Assembly (NCBI RefSeq): GCF_000143415.4
Contig: NW_003314265.1
Location: forward strand, 3,117,181-3,181,180
Length of the DNA stretch: 64,000 nt
Source: Selaginella moellendorffii
Taxonomy: Eukaryota; Plantae; Lycopodiophyta
Direction of reading: 5' to 3'
Part shown: positions 47,253 through 60,987 of the stretch, one piece after another
How positions within the stretch are numbered: position 1 is the stretch's first letter
How the letters are laid out: each line of letters opens with the position of its first letter
Translations under genes and position numbers: made by a program
Notes under the pieces: model-generated
Database searches by the model: none
Told to the model about the DNA's origin: nothing
Seen by the model: the letters and a program-made list of their open reading frames with translations, nothing else

Positions 47253-48402
47253 TCAATCGTCCCGCCTCACGGTGTCTGTCATCCAGCATCCTTCATGAGC
47301 ACCTTCTTCCTGCAAAAAGAAAAGCAAGTCTTCAGAAAGATCGTTTTCTCTTTTTGACAGACCACCTGCTTTGATAATGCCCAAGAGAAAGTTGCGTTCT
47401 TCCCATTGGCACCCGTAATGACAATGCGCTGCAAAATTGTGAAAGAGTATGACTGAAGAAAGCACTAGTTTATGGTACCTGCTGAAATCTATTCGGGCTT
47501 ATAGTCATCGAGCTGAGAATCCGAGCATCCTTATGTCCAATCATCAGCTGGATCCCACAAGATGGATAAGAAGATCACTAAGTTGCTGTATTTTTAGGAC
47601 TTACACTGTAAGCTCTCTCCATCATTTGCGTGAACCTCGGGAGCGGACCAGTGTGGCTCTTGTTTGCCGGGGAGGCAAACTCGTATCTAGAAAAGACGAA
47701 ATGAACATTCAGTAAAAAAAGAAAATTTCACCAGCTTACACAGTCGCGAGGTCTCGCTCTCGTAATGCTTTGAGTTGAGCTAGCACAACGTCGTCAGGAG
47801 TTACCTGCAAACGAAATAAAACCCGCAAAATTTCAGCGAAAGAAGAGGAAAAAAAAACATAACTTCTTACAGAGGAGGGAAATTAATCATACCGATGGAT
47901 CGGGCTTCACAGGCAATGCCTTCTCTCCACCTCTAGCAAAACAATATCAGTCATCCAAAACACATAACGTTTGAGTCAATAAACTCCAAAACTAGCACCA
48001 ATGAGCAAAGAAATGAAAGGAAAAGAAAATTGTTTACCCGTTCTGCGTTTGTCCGGGACCGGCCGATGCCGAGGCGCGCACGCTAAAATCTCTATCCACA
48101 AATCTCCTCCCTGGACTGAATTTCGTGCTTGCGATCTTCAGCCGCGAGGAAGGCGCTGCAAAATTCCTGCTACTACGGATGAAATTCCCCCCCTGGAGTG
48201 GCGCGTTGTGTATCCTAATCGAATCGATCGTCATGATCCTGCCGAAAAACAATGGCTCGATCGACACAACGAGCTCCCTACCGCTATCTGGAATCCCTCT
48301 CCCTCTAATCCCGCGCCCGATTCTTGCCGCGCCTTCGCAATGAAGGCCTCTCAATCTAAGCGACTGCTTCTCTACCCCGAGAATCGACGTCTCGGCAGCC
48401 AT
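47253..48402 (-). CDS. DUF4864-like protein, probably plastid-targeted, about 7 exons (start may be ATG 48234)
   Basis: Spliced exons VTPDDVVLAQLKALRERDLATV/YEFASPANKSHTGPLPRFTQMMERAYS/LMIGHKDARIL../RIVITGANG..FSWALSKQ/EEGAHEGCWMTDTV. The N-terminal exon ends SVRASASA, like a transit peptide. Confidence 0.7.
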
Positions 48403-48680
48403 TTCACCTGGAGGAATTGCGTGGCGCTCGCTACCACGCCACGGACTCCCGCTAAAGCCCTAGACGTGGGAATGAATGAATCTAGTGTGTGTGAATCGTG
48501 TGTGTGTGTGTATGACATGGATGACAATTACCGCCAGGTGTGAGCTGACGTGGCACTAGTGGTGATTTTAGGGTTTTGGCTCAAATGGCAGCTAACGAGG
48601 GAGAAGAGGAGCTTCTTCTTGGAGCTCAAGCGCGCAAGAAGGAGGGATTCACGGCGTCCGTGTCGCAATACGTGCGCGCG

Positions 48681-49249
48681 ATGGATCCGACCGTGTGGCA
48701 TAAGGTAGCGGCATTCTCCGGTGAGCGCTTTCTCCCCTTGTGGGTCGATTTTAGCGACGAATTTTGCCCCTTTTCTCGCAGGAATGGCCGCCGTGGGGCT
48801 TGGAACGTATGGATCGCATATGTACAAGCCAAAGAATCCCGTTTACAAGGAGGTATGGGAGGAGTTTTTTGGCTTTGCTCGAATTTCTTCGCGAATTTTT
48901 GTTTTGCGAAGGTTTACAACACCGCGGCATTGTATCATTTGATGCACACGGCGGCGCTGGTCGCGGCTCCAGTTGCCAAGCATCCTCACGTCGTAAGTCT
49001 CTCGATCGATCGATTCGTTCTTTCATCTTTTGTCCCCGCTTTCGCAGTTTGGTGGTCTTCTATCGTTTGGAATCGTCGCTTTCTCTGGAACGTAAGCTTG
49101 GATTGTTTTCTAGAGGAGGGAATGAGAGAGCTCTTACTTTTTGTGGCAGCTGCTACACTGTAGCGATTCTAGAGAACCGCAAGTATGCGTTTTTGGCGCC
49201 TTTTGGTGGAGCTTCGTTCCTTGCTGCCTGGGCATCGCTGCTCTTCTGA
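48681..49249 (+). CDS. TMEM256/DUF423 family membrane protein, 5 exons
   Basis: MDPTVWHKVAAFSG/MAAVGLGTYGSH../VYNTAALYHLMHTAAL../FGGLLSFGIVAFSGT/CYTVA..LAPFGGASFLAAWASLLF. Confidence 0.9.
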
Positions 49250-49347
49250 AAGTTCCAAACAGGATATAAGTGAATTGTCTGAAAAAAAAACCTTTTTTTA
49301 ATCGATTCACGAATTATAGTGTCAGAATTTTGATTCACCTTCAGATT

Positions 49348-49430
49348 CCGACCTTAGCTCAGTTGGTAGAGCGGAGGACTGTAGTTTCTCAGAAATCCTT
49401 AGGTCGCTGGTTCGATTCCGGCAGGTCGGA
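49348..49430 (+). tRNA. tRNA-Tyr(GUA) with a 10-nt canonical intron (49385-49394)
   Basis: CCGACCTTAGCTCAGTTGGTAGAGCGGAGGACTGTAG[tttctcagaa]ATCCTTAGGTCGCTGGTTCGATTCCGGCAGGTCGGA, followed by a T-run at 49440-49447. Confidence 0.97.
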
Positions 49431-49447
49431 CGAGATTCCTTTTTTTT

Positions 49448-52659
<3,212 letters not shown>

Positions 52660-52774
52660 GGCGACAACAAAGAACCCTAGAGAGAGGAGAATTTCCCGCT
52701 AAAACTTTCAAATACCTCTCTAATGTCAAATACCTTTCTATATATACCTCACATTTCAAAATTGTTTGCCATTG

Positions 52775-53872
52775 GCTCTCGTGGCCTAATGGATAAGGCA
52801 TTTGACTTCTAATCAAGGGATTGTGGGTTCGATGCAACGTGTATGTACATTTCTCCAAGTCCCTTAGGGATCAAAACAACATTGAGAGCGCACTCTCGAA
52901 GAAACTAGTGAAACTATGAGCGCGAACGCCCGGCGCTGCTCTTGGGCCGTCCACCTCCCAAGTGACTCCACTGCGGAGCTTGAAGCCACCTGCTTCGCCT
53001 CGCCACTCTTGGGCCGTCCACCTCCCAAGTGACTCCACTGCGGAGCTTGAAGCCACCTGCTTCGCCTCGCCACTCCTCCACTCGGTCACAATGATGTCAA
53101 GCCGGACGAACACCATGTCGATCTAGCTCGACGTCGTCGCAGCCAAGCAGTCCAACTCGAGCACGATGACCCGGCATCGCTCATAGGTCACTCGCCTCCA
53201 AGGTGATTCCACTGCACAAGCTGAAGCCACCTGTTACGCCCCAAGACGTGATGCTGTGTCTTGGAGCGCCTACCTCCCCAGTGTACTTCCAGCACTAAGT
53301 CAGTGCCCATTGCGAACAAACTCCAAGGCGTAGAACAAGCAAGGTGTGAGCCTCCTCCAGCTCTAGACTAGAGCGTGCTACCTTGCCTCCCACACTAGAC
53401 AAGTGCGCTGGCCCCCTTCAATGATATACGAGCCCCCGTTGCCGGCATCGCGACAATCACAAGACTTGCAAGCCTCCGCGAACCTCCTCAAAGGACTAGC
53501 CCTGAAGCAAGAACCATGTGGGATCCCCTCCGCGAGCAAACCAACTCGGCCATCCGCCACTGGCCCCCTTTGTGACAGCACTTCCCTGTCACTAGATCCA
53601 AAAATGCGCCCATAGTGTCTTCCACGTCCATCCACCGCGGACACTTCGCTATGTCGGGATGACGTCCCGAACTGTCCTCCACCAGTCAACAAAGTTCCCA
53701 TGACTTGGTCGTGTTTCCACGACTCAAGTCGCCAAGAACCTCCGACACATGCAGCTTCACGCTCTCCGTACCTCAGTCGCCACCTTGCATGGCCCGACCT
53801 AAGGCGAGAAATCCCGCTCGAAGCTGCGAGACCAACAACCGGGGATTGTGGGTTCGAGTCCCACCGAGAGTG
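52775..53872 (+). tRNA. tRNA-Arg(UCU) gene interrupted by a 1-kb insertion (5' part 52775-52832, 3' part 53842-53872)
   Basis: Collapsing the repeat gives GCTCTCG TG GCC TAATGGATAA GGC A TTTGA CTTCTAA TCAAG GGATT GTGGG TTCGAGT CCCAC CGAGAGT G, with all stems pairing. T-run terminator from 53876. Confidence 0.9.
52833..53841. mobile_element. 1009-bp insertion of unknown class with a 16-bp flanking direct repeat
   Basis: GGGATTGTGGGTTCGA at 52817-52832 and 53842-53857. No TIR, poly(A) tail or recognisable ORF. Internal 67-bp tandem repeat. Confidence 0.75.
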
Positions 53873-54087
53873 ATCTTTTTTTTGTTCTTTATTGCCACGT
53901 GGCAGAATATTAGAGGCTTATTTTTAGGGCGTCACGTCATTGTCGGGCACGCCATTGTTGTTCAAGCACGCGATCGCGCGCTGGTGGATCGTAAGTGCTA
54001 GATAGCCTAGATCTTAAGATTGTAGCGGCCCGGCCGCGGCTGGGGAGTAAGGAGAGGATTTTTGGGCGCTAGGGGTTTTCGGGGATC

Positions 54088-55242
54088 ATGAGCTATCAGG
54101 ACATAGAATCCAATGAAGGGCCTTCGCCGAGCAAGCAACAGCGGGCTACGTCGCTGCTGTCGAGCGGCGTTTTCCAAATCAACACAAGAGTGTCCGCCTT
54201 CAAGAAGCTCGTCAATAATTTGGGAACTCCCAAAGACACGGTTGAAGGACGCAAGCAGCTGTAAGTCAAAAGAACTTTGTTCTTCCGTTCATGCTGTGAT
54301 TTTATTTTCATTCTTGTCTAGTCACAAATTGCGGCAACAGATTGGGAACATGGTGAAGGACACCTCGGACGCGTTGAAGGAAGCAAGCAAAATCGACCAC
54401 AGTGTTCCAGGAAGTGTAGGATCTTTTCTCTCCTTTGTGGTTTTTTCTTTACTCGTTGATGGATCATACAGGCCAGCAAGAAATACGAAGATGCAAAGCT
54501 TGCAAGAGATTTCCAGGCGGTTCTGCAGGACTTTCAAGCAGTCCAGAAGAAAGCTGCCGAATGGGAAGCAGCGTATACACCGTTCGTCCCTGAAGCCGTT
54601 CTTCCTTCGAGGTACTTGCTTCATCACGTCAACCAAGTTTCTGATTTCCAGCTTCTTATTCCATATAGTTACACAGCCGGTGAGCTAAACCTTACTTCAC
54701 AGGAGAGTCGAGAGGATCGAGCTATGCTAGTCGAGCAAAGACGGTACTCTACTTGTCTGTTCTCTTTCTCTCATCTCTGAACTGGCTGATTGATGCAGGC
54801 AAGATGTCTTGCGTCTGGAGAACGAAGTCATGTTCAATGAAACCATCATCGAGGAGCGAGAAGAAAGCATAAGAGAGATCCAAAATCAAATAGGAGAAGT
54901 GCATGAGATTTTTTCCGACCTGGCTGTTTTGGTGCGAGAGCAAGGCAACATTATAGGTGAGGATTTGTTGCAAGACTTGTTGTGGTATCAAAACCTTTGT
55001 TGTTTTATTGCTGTATAGGTGAGGTCGAGACAAATGTGGATAGCTCCGAAGCTCTAACTCGCGATGCGAGGCGGCACTTGTCAAGAGCCGAGGAGAGTCA
55101 AAAGTCCGGAACATCTCTGGTAAGTTTGATCTCTTTTTTACCTCTGATTGGCAACTTTACCTTTGTTTTTCCGCAGACTTGTTTGTTGGTCTTCCTCTTT
55201 GGCGTCTTACTCTTGGTGATCCTCATAGTGTTTGTAGCTTAA
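54088..55242 (+). CDS. Syntaxin, SYP2 family (PEP12/VAM3-like)
   Basis: MSYQDIE, VFQINTRVSAFKKLVNNLGTPKDT, DAKLARDFQAVL, SNARE motif IIEEREESIREIQNQIGEVHEIFSDLAVLVREQG, C-terminal TM helix. Confidence 0.92.
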
Positions 55243-55472
55243 AGGGTGTTCTCTGGTTTGTTTTCCAGCGTTTCTCTATCAGAGCCAGCGATGTGGTGGA
55301 CAAATGTGTACAGTATTCTTTGCTGTGAATAATCAGCGCGAGCGATCCACCGAGACTTAGTCGTCCCAAAACTCGAGATAAGCCTTACATGAACTAGACT
55401 TACGCGGAAGTTTCTATTTGGAAGGTCAGCTCTAGCACAGAGGAAGGAGACGAGCCTAGGCGGCTCAGCAGC

Positions 55473-55979
55473 ATGGAGGATCGAGTGTGGCAGCCTTCTC
55501 TGTCCAAGTCCCAACGAGATGTCAGCTACAGGTTCGTGAAGAATTTTTTTTCTGGAGGACGGCATTTTGATCCTTCTCGTTTCAGCTGTGGAGCTTGCGG
55601 ATTTGCTTTGAAGCTAAGCTCGTCGGATCGCTTGGTGCAGGAGAGGGGGAGCAAATACGAAAGCTTCAGCCGAAAGAAAGTTCTGGTGTTCGTGGACATC
55701 GATGACAGCCGGTTCCAGTTGGAAGAGGCTACCACGTACTGCTGGAGCTGGAGCTGGAGCATTGTCAAAAATCGCCGGAGAGAAACATCCAAGCTGCGGT
55801 GTAAGAAGTGTGGAGCACATATCGGCTGTATCCGAGAATCGCATGTAGAGCCCCACAGGAGGTACTGCGTGAAGATCACCAAAGTTCTTCCGGAGCAAGA
55901 TATCGCCCCTATCACCACCAGGTTTGAGATTCTCGTTCAGGACGGGCATAGAACTGATCTCTTCTTTCTCCAGCTTTAG
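55473..55979 (+). CDS. At4g08330-like (Yippee/Mis18-type CxxC..CxxC) protein, intronless
   Basis: QRDVSY, FSCGACGFALKLSSSDR, VDIDDSRF, SKLRCKKCGAHIG, RYCVKI. Confidence 0.75.
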   Translation: MEDRVWQPSLSKSQRDVSYRFVKNFFSGGRHFDPSRFSCGACGFALKLSSSDRLVQERGSKYESFSRKKVLVFVDIDDSRFQLEEATTYCWSWSWSIVKNRRRETSKLRCKKCGAHIGCIRESHVEPHRRYCVKITKVLPEQDIAPITTRFEILVQDGHRTDLFFLQL

Positions 55980-56175
55980 AGGAGACTTCTCTTGGACTGA
56001 AGATCACCAAAGCTCTTCCTGGACTTCTACAGGAAGTTTCTAATGCGTCGGCCAAAGATCTCTCTTCAAGCCAAAGTAAGTTTCCAAATAGCCTTGATCA
56101 TCACCAGCACCACAAAGTGAAGATCACCGAAGTTCTCCTTGGAAGTTTCGAAGAGCTATAACGATTTCTCTAGAG

Positions 56176-56647
56176 CTACTTTCCTTGCTGTGCTGCTGCT
56201 CCGGCCCTGGATTGATGCAAAGCTTTGATCTTGAGTCGATACCTTGGAAGTCGAGGAACTACTTGGCTCGGCCCAAATCCATACTGCCCTGTTGGATTGT
56301 CGGTGATGGCCGGCCCATCTTTGTAAATGTAGCCAACGAGCTTCCCGCAAGAAATGCACAGCAGCTTGATCCGGTCGCGCTGGATCCCCCAGTGATCGAT
56401 CGTCTCGAAGAAGGGGAAAATCCTCTTGTCGCGCTCTTGCCTGAATTTCGTGTCGTCGATGGCGGTGAAGGAGATCGTCCCCTTGTTCCCGGCCTCGAAA
56501 TACGTATCGGCAGGGTAGACGTTGGAAGGATCGAGATTGAGAAGCGCGCCACAGCACACACAGCTGCGAGAGATTTCGATGGATGGATTCAATGGGATCG
56601 ATCGAATCAAAAGAAGGAAGCGAATACCTGAAGACGACGTCGTCCAT
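56176..56647 (-). CDS. Second At4g08330-like zinc-binding protein, 2 exons
   Basis: MDDVVF/SCVCCGALLNL..YFEAGNKGTISFTAIDDTKFR..IFPFFETIDHWGIQR..KLLCISCGKLVGYIY..GPSQVVPRLPRYRLKIKAL. Confidence 0.85.
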
Positions 56648-56934
56648 CGTGCCCAAGAACCCTAATTTCTTCCAACGTACATTCCGTCGAGGTCTCTAGA
56701 ATATACCATCTCAGTCATTCTAACCGAGTCGCGGAGGAATATTTGTTCCTTCCAGTGGGCTATGGCGTGATCGAAGGGCGCGATTGCGGCAAGGCGCGTG
56801 GTGCCAGGAATTCGAGGCGCTGAGCCGGTCGACGCGAGAGTTTCCGAAATCGCGAGGTAAGATCTGGATCGAGAGTCTAGGTTTTCGATGCAAGCGAAGA
56901 ACGCAGGGCGCGATCGATCTGGGAGCTCATCGGA

Positions 56935-58165
56935 ATGGCGAATGAGGTGCTGGAGGAGCTCGCGCAGATATTCCGAGCTGCCAGCAAGAAGATGTCAGCT
57001 CTAGTCTCCTTTCTCATGCATCACAAGGTAAGAGCAGCGCTTTGCTCTCAAGAACACCGATTCTTAGCTCGGGGAAATTGTAGGATGCTAGCTCCATCGG
57101 GGCAATCGCAGGGTTTGCCATAGCTCTGGTGTGTACCTGGAGGTACATGAGAAGCTCCAATCCAGTTCGTCGTCCCAAGCCCACCGTCAAAGTGGAGGCT
57201 CCCTCCTCATCCTCTTCGGACTCCACCTCTGGCAGCTCCACTGCGATTGAGTCCCGTGGATCACAAGCCAGGCAGCGTGGAGTGGCCATCCAGGAGGCTC
57301 CTTTATCAAAGGTAAGCTAGAAAAAAAATTGTTTCCTTCTTCTTTGTGTAGTGACAATGCGCTCTCTTCTTCCTTTTAGCTCACTTTGGCTCAGTCGGTG
57401 AAGCGCCAGCTCAAAGGTGGACGAAAGGTAGCGAAGTTTATATCTTTTCTTCTGTGTTGACATGGTGAAATTCGTGACCAGGTGACTTGCCAACTACTTG
57501 GAGTGGTGCTTCAGGAAAATTCGACTGCTGATCTCGAGGTAGCTTCCTCCTTGTGAGTTTGCATTCTACTCCGAGTTTAGCTTTTTTCACGATGAAAGTT
57601 TAGGCGTGTTTGACAATCGTCAAGTTCTCGCTAACAGAATCATGCTGTGGTGCGACCAGCGGCAGCTGACGTTCTCCTAGAACTGGCCCAGTGCTGCGAT
57701 CTCTACCTGATGTCCAGAGTTAACGATGATGCAAGCGAGGTGTGTGTATGGATGTGTATCTTCGCTGCTCACAGATATCTGTGCAGGAAGCAATACTCGC
57801 CGCGTTGGATCAGATCGGCCTGTTCAGCAAAGCAAACTTCAACCGTAACAAGGTGAAGCCGAAGTACTTTTGGCAAAAGGTTTTTCACTGAGTTGGTGCT
57901 TTGAATTCAGGTACTCTTTTGCAGTTCCGAGGCTGGGAGGTGCTCCTTCGTGAGGCAACTCGAGCCTGACTGGCACATCGATACGTCGGTAGACATTGTT
58001 AATCAGCTGGCTGTAAGTTCATTCTCATCTGTTCTCCCACTTGACGCGGTTAGTTTGCAGCGGTACATACACCACGAGCTCCTCATATCTCCAGCACCCT
58101 TGGGATCCATGCCGTCCAACGTCCTTGAAACGAACACCCTGGAGAGCTACTTCGACTGTCGCTGA
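56935..58165 (+). CDS. PEX22: Peroxisome biogenesis protein 22, about 8 exons
   Basis: SIGAIAGFAIALVCTWR, GGRK/VTCQLLGVVL, CDLYLMSRVNDDASE, K/VLFCSSEAGRCSFVRQLEPDWHIDT. Confidence 0.88.
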
Positions 58166-58307
58166 TTCTGGTATATCCTAGTAAATAAACAGTTCTTTGA
58201 GGTATAGAGCGTTGTATTTTGAGACTTCTAATAAGAGCAGAAGCAGGGTTTTTCCTTTGCAGCTTACCGGTGAGATGTATCCCACGATTCTTTTGTGACT
58301 GATCTTC

Positions 58308-60002
58308 TTGATGTTGGCAATTCTAAACAGGCGACGAAGTAATCCAGTGAAGCTTACGTGCTCCAAAATCTGGGAGCTGGTCTTGGTTTCCAGAAGGGAC
58401 TACAAGTTTTTAAGCGAGCAGGGAAGAATAGAGGCTGAGAAGGGGAAGGTCAGGGATCAAGTAGACAGACTGGTCCAGGCAGGGGTAGACGAAGGCGCTC
58501 AGACTTACGCGCATTTGCTACTTAAGTGTGGAGACTACAAGCTTTTGGCTGAGGGGGAACGTCTTCATGCAACTATCTACGAGAGATGGAGGCAGCGTCC
58601 CGAAAGATTGCTCCTGAACTGCTTGGTGGAGATGTATGGCAAGTGTGGAAGCTTGGACAAGGCATGGCTGGTGTTTAGCTCCATCAAGACGTGCAATGTC
58701 TACTCCTGGACGATTGCGATCGCTGCATATGCCGTCAACGGGGACTACAGCGGGGCACTTGCTCTCTTCCGGAAGATGGACTTGGACGGTGTGAAGGCCA
58801 ACTTTGTGACTTACGTGAACGTGATTAGTGCGTGCTCTGGGCTGCTGGACCCGAGAGAATGCACGCGAGTCCACAGCCGTGTGGTCGAAGAAGGCTTTGA
58901 TGGAGACTTGGTGGTGGCGACGGCTTTGGTCACTATGTATGGGAAGTGTGCTGACTTTGGCGCTGCTAGGATGGTGTTCGAGAAGATCTCCTCGAAGAAC
59001 GATGTGGTCTCCTGGAACGCGTTGATAGCAGCTTACGCTCAGCAGGGACTGTACCGGGAGTGCGTCGAGCTCTACGAGAGAATGCCCGTGAGAGCCAACG
59101 AGGTGACTTTCGTGAGCGTGGTCGACGCCTTTGCGGGTCTGGGGGACCTGGAACACAGCCGGAGAGTTCATGCCAGGATTGTCGAGGACGGACTGGAGAA
59201 CGACTGCCTAAAGTCGGCACTGGTGGACGCTTACGGCAAGTGTGGGAGCCCAGCGGAATCAAAGCAGGTGTTCGACTCCATGGTGTGGAGGGAGAGCTCG
59301 ACTTGGAACGCGCTCATCGCAGCTTTCGCCCAGCAGCGTGACAGCGTGACTTGCGTGGCGATCCTCCGGCAGATGGACCAGGACGGGGTGAGGTCCACCG
59401 AGCTGACGTTCGTGAGCTTGCTTGGGGGATTCTCTACGACGGCGAGCTTGCGAGCGGGACGCCAGCTCCACTCTCGAGTTCTAGCCATGGGGTTCTACTC
59501 GGACTTGATGGTCGGCTCGGCGCTGGTGACCATGTATGGGAGGTGCGGCGCTGTGGAGCAAGCCCGGGCAGTGTTTGACGGGATGGAGGAGAGGAACGCG
59601 GTGAGCTTCAATTCCATGATCGGAGCTTACGCGGAGCTGGGCCTCGCGAGGCAGGCGCTCGAAGTTTTGTGGGCTATGGACCAGGTGGGACTGGCTCCAG
59701 ACTCGGTGACTTTGCTCAGCGTGCTCTTCTCTTGCAGCCATGCGGGGTTGCTTGGCGAGGGCCTCGCCAACTTTCGGTCCATGAGAGATGATAGGGGGAT
59801 GGAGGTGAAGCTGGATCACTACCGGTGCCTGGTGGACCTGTTCGCGAGGTCGGGGTGGCTTGCTGAGGCGGAGGAACTGATCGAGATCAAGTTTGCAGGC
59901 TGCGATGATCTCATGTCGAGGCTGAGCTTGCTGAGTGCTTGTATCATCCAGGAGGACGGTGAGAGGGGATCCAGGTCGGCCACGCTTCTTAACTTTACTT
60001 AG
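58308..60002 (+). CDS. PLS-class PPR protein ending in a partial E domain
   Basis: 564-aa intronless ORF with MYGKCG, VVSWNALI, VTFVSV repeats and HYRCLVDLFARSG. Confidence 0.9.
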   Translation: MMLAILNRRRSNPVKLTCSKIWELVLVSRRDYKFLSEQGRIEAEKGKVRDQVDRLVQAGVDEGAQTYAHLLLKCGDYKLLAEGERLHATIYERWRQRPERLLLNCLVEMYGKCGSLDKAWLVFSSIKTCNVYSWTIAIAAYAVNGDYSGALALFRKMDLDGVKANFVTYVNVISACSGLLDPRECTRVHSRVVEEGFDGDLVVATALVTMYGKCADFGAARMVFEKISSKNDVVSWNALIAAYAQQGLYRECVELYERMPVRANEVTFVSVVDAFAGLGDLEHSRRVHARIVEDGLENDCLKSALVDAYGKCGSPAESKQVFDSMVWRESSTWNALIAAFAQQRDSVTCVAILRQMDQDGVRSTELTFVSLLGGFSTTASLRAGRQLHSRVLAMGFYSDLMVGSALVTMYGRCGAVEQARAVFDGMEERNAVSFNSMIGAYAELGLARQALEVLWAMDQVGLAPDSVTLLSVLFSCSHAGLLGEGLANFRSMRDDRGMEVKLDHYRCLVDLFARSGWLAEAEELIEIKFAGCDDLMSRLSLLSACIIQEDGERGSRSATLLNFT

Positions 60003-60987
60003 TGGACATTTCAACATGAAAGAAAATGACGACTTGAAAAAAAGACATCAATCCGAGCCTTTGACGAGACCATCACAGGGTTTGATCAGATCTTGTGTCG
60101 ATAGAAAAGGAGTATGTAAACGTTATTAGACTCACCCAGTACAAGACTTGCTCCTTCCAATCAGCACAGCAGCAGTTTGGAGCACTCTCGTCCACTCGGA
60201 CCAGGTATTCTTCGGGGTTGACCGAGAGACCACCTCGGTGCTCTCGCATTGATTCATCCTGCAAGGCTAGCCGCCAGCCATTTGTGTATATAATTCCACG
60301 TTCGCTGCATAGAATCACACAACCAAGCTTTTCTTCTGAATTTTCACTCTAGCATTTCCTCTTCGTAGTATTTGGTTTCTTGTTTGTGTTTTTCCTGGTA
60401 TAGCTGGTGCAGTTTGCTCTTCTTTTATCTCAGGTACTCCAAAGAGAATAAGGAAATTTAGCTGTCCTTCCTTGTACTTCAGAAAGAAGTTTAGATTGTG
60501 GTCACACTAACTTGTCCTGGCAGTTCAAAGGTAAAAAACGAAATAAGTTACATGATATCCAAGCCAGTAAAGGAACCAGTAGCAGCATAACATATTTCTG
60601 AAAAGAGAAAAGCTCGTGTCAAATGCCAAACACCCCTCTGCTTTTTGTATCTGACCTCCAACAGGAACTACAATAGCGTCATTCTTTCCGTTTACAAACC
60701 ATTCTTTTATGTCCCCGTTTTTTATCACAAACTTGTAAGAGCCGACTTTACAAACAAGTTTGAGGTTCTTATCTCAAACCACAAACTCGGAAAAAGAAAA
60801 CAAAGGTCCATCACCATAGGCTTGCAAGAGGTAAAGGGTTCGGGTACTTGAGGGTTCCCGTTGGCTGAAAACAGTTAGCTATAGTTGATGTACTGTACGT
60901 ACCTAGGGGAAGGAAACCATCGGGTCTAACATCATATATCTCCACCATCGCTTGTTCGTCTTCAGACTCATCCAGGTCTTGAGGCAC

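Noticed and set aside
53378-53839. Minus-strand 154-codon open frame in the tRNA insert containing WKHDQV, reminiscent of the RH(N/D)xV motif of RLE non-LTR elements
   Set aside because: No upstream CCHC knuckle or downstream PD..D motif is visible; too weak to assign a class.
54983-54992. TGGTATCAAA iMet-PBS-like motif in a syntaxin intron (copied at about 61503)
   Set aside because: Not preceded by an LTR end; likely chance.
55870-56143. Three spaced ~25-bp repeats as a CRISPR-like array
   Set aside because: Eukaryotic context, spacing of 120-128 bp, degenerate copies, first copy inside a CDS, no cas genes.
60040-60980. Possible minus-strand multi-exon gene (DESMREHRGGLSVNPEEYL..., EDEQAMVEIYDVRPDG...)
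   Set aside because: Exon-like pieces exist, but I could not assemble a continuous frame or recognise a family.
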